Source of the DNA: Bacillota bacterium
GTDB taxonomy: Bacteria > Bacillota > UBA994 > UBA5500
Assembly: GCA_050949085.1 (NCBI GenBank)
Contig: JBMNFB010000001.1
Coordinates: 712,567-776,566, forward strand
Length of the DNA stretch: 64,000 bases
Direction of reading: 5' to 3'
Made by a program: the position numbers and the translations under genes. Shown here in pieces: positions 58,736 to 64,000 of the stretch; position 1 is the first letter of the stretch; each line of letters starts with the position of its first letter. A model generated the notes under the pieces. The model was not told where the DNA came from and did no database searches. It was given only the letters and a program-made list of their open reading frames with translations.

Positions 58736-61264
58736 TCACCCAGCCGATGATCGTTCGTTCACAGCCGCCATCACCCGACGCAAGACGTACATCGGCCTAA
58801 GCTGCAGGTCTCTTACATCAGCGAGCTTCTCGTCACCCAGCAGGATCTCCCCGCCGATCACTTTGACGTTCATGCCAGCGATCGCAAAGCCCTCGACAGC
58901 TGTCTCCTCAGTTAGTTGCCTCGCCGCCAGCAGGACTGCCACTGTATCGTCCAGCCGCTGCAGCTCCTTCCAGAGCCGCACCTCGGTATCAGACTTCAGG
59001 CTAAGCTCCGGCAGGTGTCGGGCCCGTTTCAGCAGATATGGCGTCGTATAGATCCGACGGCGGACGCCGTAGCCGGCCGGGAATACCGGACCGACCTCTC
59101 GCCACTTATCCACGAGGAATAGGACATAGTCCTCGCCTGTGCTCCTGCGACGACTGGGAATGGCGATTTCGGATCGCTTCACTAGTCTAGCTTCCACAAC
59201 CTTGCCCCAGTAGCGAACCCCGTTGAAACGCTCCCTATTAGCTCCCTGCGGTTCATAGAGCGCGATATGCTCGATATGGAGGAAACCCTTGGGCAGCTCC
59301 CGCGCTGGGATGTGGTAGGTACGCATCTCAAGGTGGTAGTTAAGATGATCTGCGCCGTTGACCACTCCCACCAACACGCTCCGCCGGGCAAACCGCTCTT
59401 CATAGTACTCCTGCGTTCCCTCAACCTCTCCAGCCTGTTCTTGAGCAGTCTCAGGGGAAGCCAGAATCAGATCGTCCAGCATCTGCTCCACCAGCTGGGT
59501 GTTACCAGGTAAGAATGGGAGACCGCCGATGCCCACCTGTCCGATACTTTCATAGAAACGATGCGGTTCCCCGCCGTCCAGTCCGGCGTACTCGGCTTCA
59601 TCTGCGTATGGAAAGAGAATCACCGCGCCAAATGTGCCTCGCCTGTACCCACCGTCCTTCTGTTGATAGACCAACGCATCGCGGTAACGGTGCATAGTGT
59701 TGATATCTTCCTCCAGCGGGCCGGGGCGCAGGTAACTCCTGGCGTACCAAGTGCCTTCCATGGCAGGGTCGATGCGGTACTTGGCATCGAACAAATAGCG
59801 ATACTCCATATCTGAACCAGCCTTGCGTAAAGTTAAGACGTTGTCGGGTTTCTGGGATACCGTTGGCGATGTCGGCTGACGGGCATTATAGCTGAGAATA
59901 TACTTCTCGCCATTCTGATCGTTGACGAATTCCAGATCCGCAGTGTGTCGCGTGTCCAACATGACGGCCAATCCCTCGCCCCTGACCATGATCGCGCTCT
60001 GCCGCCTCAGACGATACTTCTGGCGCAGGATAGAGCCCAGAGCCAGGAAGCACCAATACTCATAGAGCTGAGCGACGTCCTTCACGCTCAGCTCAAAAAT
60101 CTCGCCCTGCAGGGACAGACCCTTGGTCAGCATCAGATAGTACCGATAGACCTCCCGGTAGCCGGAGGCCATCTGCAGCACCAGCGATTGACCGTCAAGC
60201 CTGGTCAATTCCCCACACTCGCGCAGAAACTCGGCGGTGAGCATGGCCTGCGTCCCGCGCTGCATGCGCTCAATATGTCCCACGACCTCCGGATCAGGCT
60301 GGCGGTTAGCTTCGAGGTAGCGCCGGCGTAGATCGCCCAACCTGCCCAGGATCCGTCTCAGCATCCATTTCACAACTCGGTTTTCGTAGGTATCGTAAGA
60401 AACGCGTTTCCGTGCATCCAGCATCCGCGCCGGCAGATAGACTGAGCCACCTATCCGCAACCCATGTCTGCCCTTCTGCAACTCCTGCGGGTGCCGTTCC
60501 AACCAGCGCCGCGACAGGCCATCCGTTCTGCGCACTCGTTCCGGCCGCACTAGCACATGGTCTGGAACGATCACCTGCTGGGGTGACTGTTTCACTCGCC
60601 GGAAAGCTGCCTGGAGACGGTCAAACAGAAAAGATACCACACTGTAGAACTCCGCCAGGCTGGTCTGGCGCTGACTGCCCAGCTTGGCCTGCAAATACGT
60701 GCGGCGGAGGAAGTCGAAGGCCAGGTTGTAGACTTCTTTGTTGACGTCGCTGAGCAGCTGCCAGTAGTCCTCTTTGTACCTCAGCTTGACTGGAAAGACC
60801 TCCAGCGTCACCGAGAGCGCTGCCCGACCGTCGACCCCTATCTCGAATGTGCTGAAACCAACATCGTTACGGAAGTTCAAGATCCCAGTCAGAGTGTGCC
60901 GCCGCCCAACGGGCTTAACGGCGTTACGCAGGTACTGATCCCGATGGAAGAAAGTAACCTCCTTGTCGCCCTCTCGCTCAATCACGATCTCATACGGAGT
61001 TTGTTCATAGAAGCAGGCGAAGACAGGCTGCAACGGAGCGTACGCGGCCATCTGCCCAGGTGCTGCTGGATCAAAGCAGCAGGCACAGATATAGTTACCC
61101 CTGATGCTCAGTGTGGCCACGTAATGTTCGGCCAGATTCTTGGGGATCACGCCTAGCCCCTGGGCTACTGGATGCATCGGTCGCCCCTTGATCGTCAGAG
61201 TGAAATCCTCGGTCTCGATATAGAGCAGCTTTACTTCCTCAGATCCAATAGGAGGTAAAGCCAT
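58736..61264 (-). CDS. McrC-like restriction subunit: DUF2357-like N-region plus PD-(D/E)xK nuclease (DUF524/PDDEXK_7-like)
   Basis: SYDTYENRVVKW block; LYEYWCFLAL; nuclease core ...RYLFDAKYR (D...DAK). Start overlaps the McrB-like stop. Confidence 0.7.
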   Translation of the reverse strand: MALPPIGSEEVKLLYIETEDFTLTIKGRPMHPVAQGLGVIPKNLAEHYVATLSIRGNYICACCFDPAAPGQMAAYAPLQPVFACFYEQTPYEIVIEREGDKEVTFFHRDQYLRNAVKPVGRRHTLTGILNFRNDVGFSTFEIGVDGRAALSVTLEVFPVKLRYKEDYWQLLSDVNKEVYNLAFDFLRRTYLQAKLGSQRQTSLAEFYSVVSFLFDRLQAAFRRVKQSPQQVIVPDHVLVRPERVRRTDGLSRRWLERHPQELQKGRHGLRIGGSVYLPARMLDARKRVSYDTYENRVVKWMLRRILGRLGDLRRRYLEANRQPDPEVVGHIERMQRGTQAMLTAEFLRECGELTRLDGQSLVLQMASGYREVYRYYLMLTKGLSLQGEIFELSVKDVAQLYEYWCFLALGSILRQKYRLRRQSAIMVRGEGLAVMLDTRHTADLEFVNDQNGEKYILSYNARQPTSPTVSQKPDNVLTLRKAGSDMEYRYLFDAKYRIDPAMEGTWYARSYLRPGPLEEDINTMHRYRDALVYQQKDGGYRRGTFGAVILFPYADEAEYAGLDGGEPHRFYESIGQVGIGGLPFLPGNTQLVEQMLDDLILASPETAQEQAGEVEGTQEYYEERFARRSVLVGVVNGADHLNYHLEMRTYHIPARELPKGFLHIEHIALYEPQGANRERFNGVRYWGKVVEARLVKRSEIAIPSRRRSTGEDYVLFLVDKWREVGPVFPAGYGVRRRIYTTPYLLKRARHLPELSLKSDTEVRLWKELQRLDDTVAVLLAARQLTEETAVEGFAIAGMNVKVIGGEILLGDEKLADVRDLQLRPMYVLRRVMAAVNERSSAG

Positions 61265-63413
61265 CTTCCTCAAACCTCCGTAACATGATCGCTAGCTTGG
61301 CAGCACTGCGCGGATAGGGAAGGAAGTCGTGCGCCACCTCAAACTCCTCGAGCCGCGCCAGCAAGTCATCATTGGCTGTGGTTAGATCGACGCCGCCGCA
61401 AAACTTGAGCAGATCGATCAGCACCCGCCTCACTCTCTGCGAGCTCCCCTGAATGCGCGGCAGGATCTTCTGCAGCAGCTGATAATCGAACGCCACTGCC
61501 TCGTCCAACAGCTCCAGCTGGCGGTTGTGCACCATGTAGATCACTATCTCGTCGCGCACACGATACCCCACATGCAGATTTGCCTGCTGGAGGATGTCGT
61601 TGATGACAACCAGCTGGTCCACGATACCGTCCGCGAAATCGGGCTCAACCGCCAGGGCATCAGCCAGATGCACATAGAGGCCGCGAAACTGGCTGTTAGC
61701 TACTCTGATCGGCTCAACTGCGTTGCCAGCCTCCCGCTGATAGCCTTTCAGATCGACTTCTGAGAACTCAATAGTATTCGCTCGATCTAGCACCTTCTTA
61801 CTGAATGGGTGCGTTGTCTCATCCATGTTGACTGTGCCGACCAAGTAGAGGTTGTCCGGCCAGCCTAGCCCTGAGTAACGCCGACGATCGGCTTCCGTCC
61901 GGAAATGGACCGGTTTGAGCAACGGGTTGGCGACGATACGCCCGTCCTCGAGCTTCCGCGTCTCCATGACACTGAGCAGGTCAGACAAGTAATGTTCAAC
62001 CCGAGCCAGATTCATCTCGTCCAGAACGACCAGGTACGGCACGTCCGGATTCTGCGCACTCTCCTCGATAATGCCGGTTAACTCACCTGGGCGGAAGTTC
62101 CCCTCCAAGTCTACATAGCCCAGCAGGTCCGATCCGTCGTTCCAGTCTGGCCGTACGGCGATAGGGCGCCATTCGGCGGATATCGCCCTGGCAAATAGTC
62201 TCGGCAGCAGGCTTTTTCCCGTCCCCGAGATACCAGCCAGAATGACGAAAGGCTTGGTGCGCAGGCAGAGGTAGAAGTTGCAGAGGTCGGGGTAGGTGTA
62301 CTGAAAGCCCTGTGCCAAGACGGACCCATGAACATGCTCAAGCAGTTCGCTTATGGATCGGGGTGGCTCCGGTGACTCGTCCATCGGCACTTCGCGCACC
62401 TGCCCTTCGATCGCCAGATTACCTCTCAGTTGCGCGTAGAGCTTCAGCATGTGCTCAAGGTCATCGAGTAGTTCACCGTCGTCCGGTATGTCCCCTCTGT
62501 CGTATTTGATGTAGCAGATAATCCCGGCCTCGTATTGCTGCGCCAGGCGCGCTTGCCCAATTGCTGCCCCTTCCTCCGCTAGTCCGGTTATGTCGATCTG
62601 CTTGCGGAGATCAGCGGCCTTGCCTCGTAACAGGGCTAAGCCAGATCTGCCTGGGTGCTGCTGCATAGTCTCGGTTACGCCTAACATCAGACATAAGTAT
62701 ACTGAGTCCATATCGGAGCCAAAAAGGTAGACTACGTAGACTCCCGATTGAATCGATTCTGTAATATTCGTATCCAATACTGCAACCCAGGGTACAGCTG
62801 CCCAATTTCCTTGGCCGGCAGAACCGATGATCTTATATGTGTCAGGAGCGACTAGCCCGCTGTCTGCGATGGCGACGGGAAGGTCGCGGGTCAGCACCTT
62901 GACAATAGGGACAGAACCACTGAAACGCTGACTGCGTGCCTCGGGATAGCTTTCCAGAACCTCGTTCAGTAGCGAGTTCAAGGATGACCGAACGACCCGC
63001 TCCTCGTAATAGTCATCAAGACGTTGCTCGACCAATCGGGCCAGCTCCTCCCTATCTGCAAGAGTCATTTGCGCCCAGAGCTCAGGAACAAACCCAATCT
63101 GCTCACCTGTTCGCCTGAGAAGACCAGCGCGGCTGTAGGCAGCGAATGGATTATCCAGAATAAGTGACCTGACCGCGGCTATGCTCATATCTGCAACTCG
63201 GTTAATGCTGGCGCGGGGCTGATCAACGGGAAGACCAGCTTTAAGGCGGTCTTCATAGAATGCCTTGAATGCCTGAACAACAGTCTCAAGTTCTACTAGA
63301 CCGTCTGCGTCTAGCCGGGGAAGCATTGCTTTCAGCAGGACCAACTTATATGAGAACTGAAGGCTGGAGTCTGTAACATATTCCCTAAGCTTTCTCAGCA
63401 ACGTATCAGGCAC
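61239..63413 (-). CDS. McrB-like AAA+ GTPase with DUF3578 (MrcB_N) domain and an extra about 135-aa N-terminal extension
   Basis: GSAGQGNWAAVPWVAVLD...GVYVVYLF DUF3578 block; Walker A GISGTGKS; Walker B LVVLDEMN; McrB-type GTVNMDET motif. GTG start after AAGGAGG. Confidence 0.8.
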   Translation of the reverse strand: MPDTLLRKLREYVTDSSLQFSYKLVLLKAMLPRLDADGLVELETVVQAFKAFYEDRLKAGLPVDQPRASINRVADMSIAAVRSLILDNPFAAYSRAGLLRRTGEQIGFVPELWAQMTLADREELARLVEQRLDDYYEERVVRSSLNSLLNEVLESYPEARSQRFSGSVPIVKVLTRDLPVAIADSGLVAPDTYKIIGSAGQGNWAAVPWVAVLDTNITESIQSGVYVVYLFGSDMDSVYLCLMLGVTETMQQHPGRSGLALLRGKAADLRKQIDITGLAEEGAAIGQARLAQQYEAGIICYIKYDRGDIPDDGELLDDLEHMLKLYAQLRGNLAIEGQVREVPMDESPEPPRSISELLEHVHGSVLAQGFQYTYPDLCNFYLCLRTKPFVILAGISGTGKSLLPRLFARAISAEWRPIAVRPDWNDGSDLLGYVDLEGNFRPGELTGIIEESAQNPDVPYLVVLDEMNLARVEHYLSDLLSVMETRKLEDGRIVANPLLKPVHFRTEADRRRYSGLGWPDNLYLVGTVNMDETTHPFSKKVLDRANTIEFSEVDLKGYQREAGNAVEPIRVANSQFRGLYVHLADALAVEPDFADGIVDQLVVINDILQQANLHVGYRVRDEIVIYMVHNRQLELLDEAVAFDYQLLQKILPRIQGSSQRVRRVLIDLLKFCGGVDLTTANDDLLARLEEFEVAHDFLPYPRSAAKLAIMLRRFEEDGFTSYWI

Positions 63414-63584
63414 ATATGCCGCCTCCTTCACTACACTTGACACAACTACACGTATGAGCCTCTTCAGGCGTACCCGTGGAACGGGCCCAAGCCATGACCA
63501 CCACAACTAAAACGAAGGCCCACCGGCGGGCAGGCCTACGTCCTTCTGTAGAGAGAGCCGTTGCCAGTCTAGTTGCCCCTACCA

Positions 63585-64000
63585 TTACGGCTCCGCGGCA
63601 ACTCCTTCGCTTTGGTGCCGTCCCAAAGCGCCCTTGACGACCGCCTCAGTGTCGGCTGTAACATAGGCCCTCTTTACGGGAAAGCGAAGCAGGGTCAAGC
63701 CAGCGTCGGAGTATGCCTGCTCAATAAAGCGATCCCTTCTGGCCCGGGCTACTCTGTTATGCGAGGAATCATCCAGCTCAATAACTACAAGTGGTTGGAT
63801 CTTCTCCTTATCACAGATCACAAAATCTACATGCTTGGACTGAATGCGGTTCCAGTGGCTCTGCCGCCCAGAGGTCCCTCTGGGCAGATAAAGAAGATCA
63901 CCCATGCGTACCTTGGCGAATATGTGCACATCTTCATCCTTTAAGACCAACGACAGTACCTCAAAGAATGAACGCTCAGCTGCTGTAAACAGGTAGTCCT
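63585..64000 (-). CDS. DUF2726 / Vsr-like endonuclease-fold protein (5'-partial, runs off the window)
   Basis: SKHVDFVICDK...PLVVIELDDSSH...RDRF...AGLTLLRF pattern. Reading frame stays open to position 64000. Confidence 0.6.
   Translation of the reverse strand, partial: DYLFTAAERSFFEVLSLVLKDEDVHIFAKVRMGDLLYLPRGTSGRQSHWNRIQSKHVDFVICDKEKIQPLVVIELDDSSHNRVARARRDRFIEQAYSDAGLTLLRFPVKRAYVTADTEAVVKGALGRHQSEGVAAEP

Noticed and set aside
1-64000. CRISPR arrays, rRNA, tRNA, transposase or integrase genes
   Set aside because: No short regularly spaced direct repeats, no rRNA/tRNA-like conserved blocks, and no transposase or integrase-like ORFs were seen.

Overview
This is a 64-kb, roughly 60% GC bacterial chromosomal window. 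Genes are densely packed, most have AGGAGG-type ribosome-binding sites, and many use GTG or TTG starts. Calling the host a Chloroflexi-like or other high-GC organism is inference only.

Gene content in order:
- An 850-nt ORF-free leader, then an ABC-2 ATPase and a large permease.
- An M20 peptidase.
- A five-gene Opp/Dpp oligopeptide ABC transporter (minus strand).
- A class-A beta-lactamase-like hydrolase.
- A five-gene signalling cluster: two single-domain receivers, a PAS HWE-type kinase, and two hybrid kinases.
- An orphan GIY-YIG protein, an S9 peptidase, a D-aminoacylase and a DegV protein.
- A TPR ORF overlapping a chimeric ORF (ABC-exporter membrane domain fused to an ECF-sigma region-2 fragment).
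- A BceRS/BceAB-like module: OmpR-type regulator, kinase, ABC ATPase and an 873-aa duplicated FtsX permease.
- Three c-di-GMP genes: two tandem PAS-GGDEF-HD-GYP paralogs and one GGDEF-EAL.
- msrA, ilvE, housekeeping and hydrolase genes, a TldD/TldE pair, zupT, an M24 aminopeptidase and a serine hydrolase.
- A degenerate patch (truncated MFS fragment, a duplicated about 45-nt terminator-like repeat, a hypothetical).
- Two paralogous lipoproteins and an amino-acid ABC transporter.
- At the 3' end, on the minus strand, a McrBC-like type IV restriction pair: an extended-N-terminus DUF3578-AAA+ McrB homolog and a DUF2357 + PD-(D/E)xK McrC homolog, flanked by a partial DUF2726 endonuclease-like gene running off the window.

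No rRNA, tRNA, CRISPR array, transposase or integrase was recognised.

Coordinates follow the supplied ORF track. Start-codon refinements were derived by codon offsets from that track; my absolute position counts occasionally disagreed by 1 nt.
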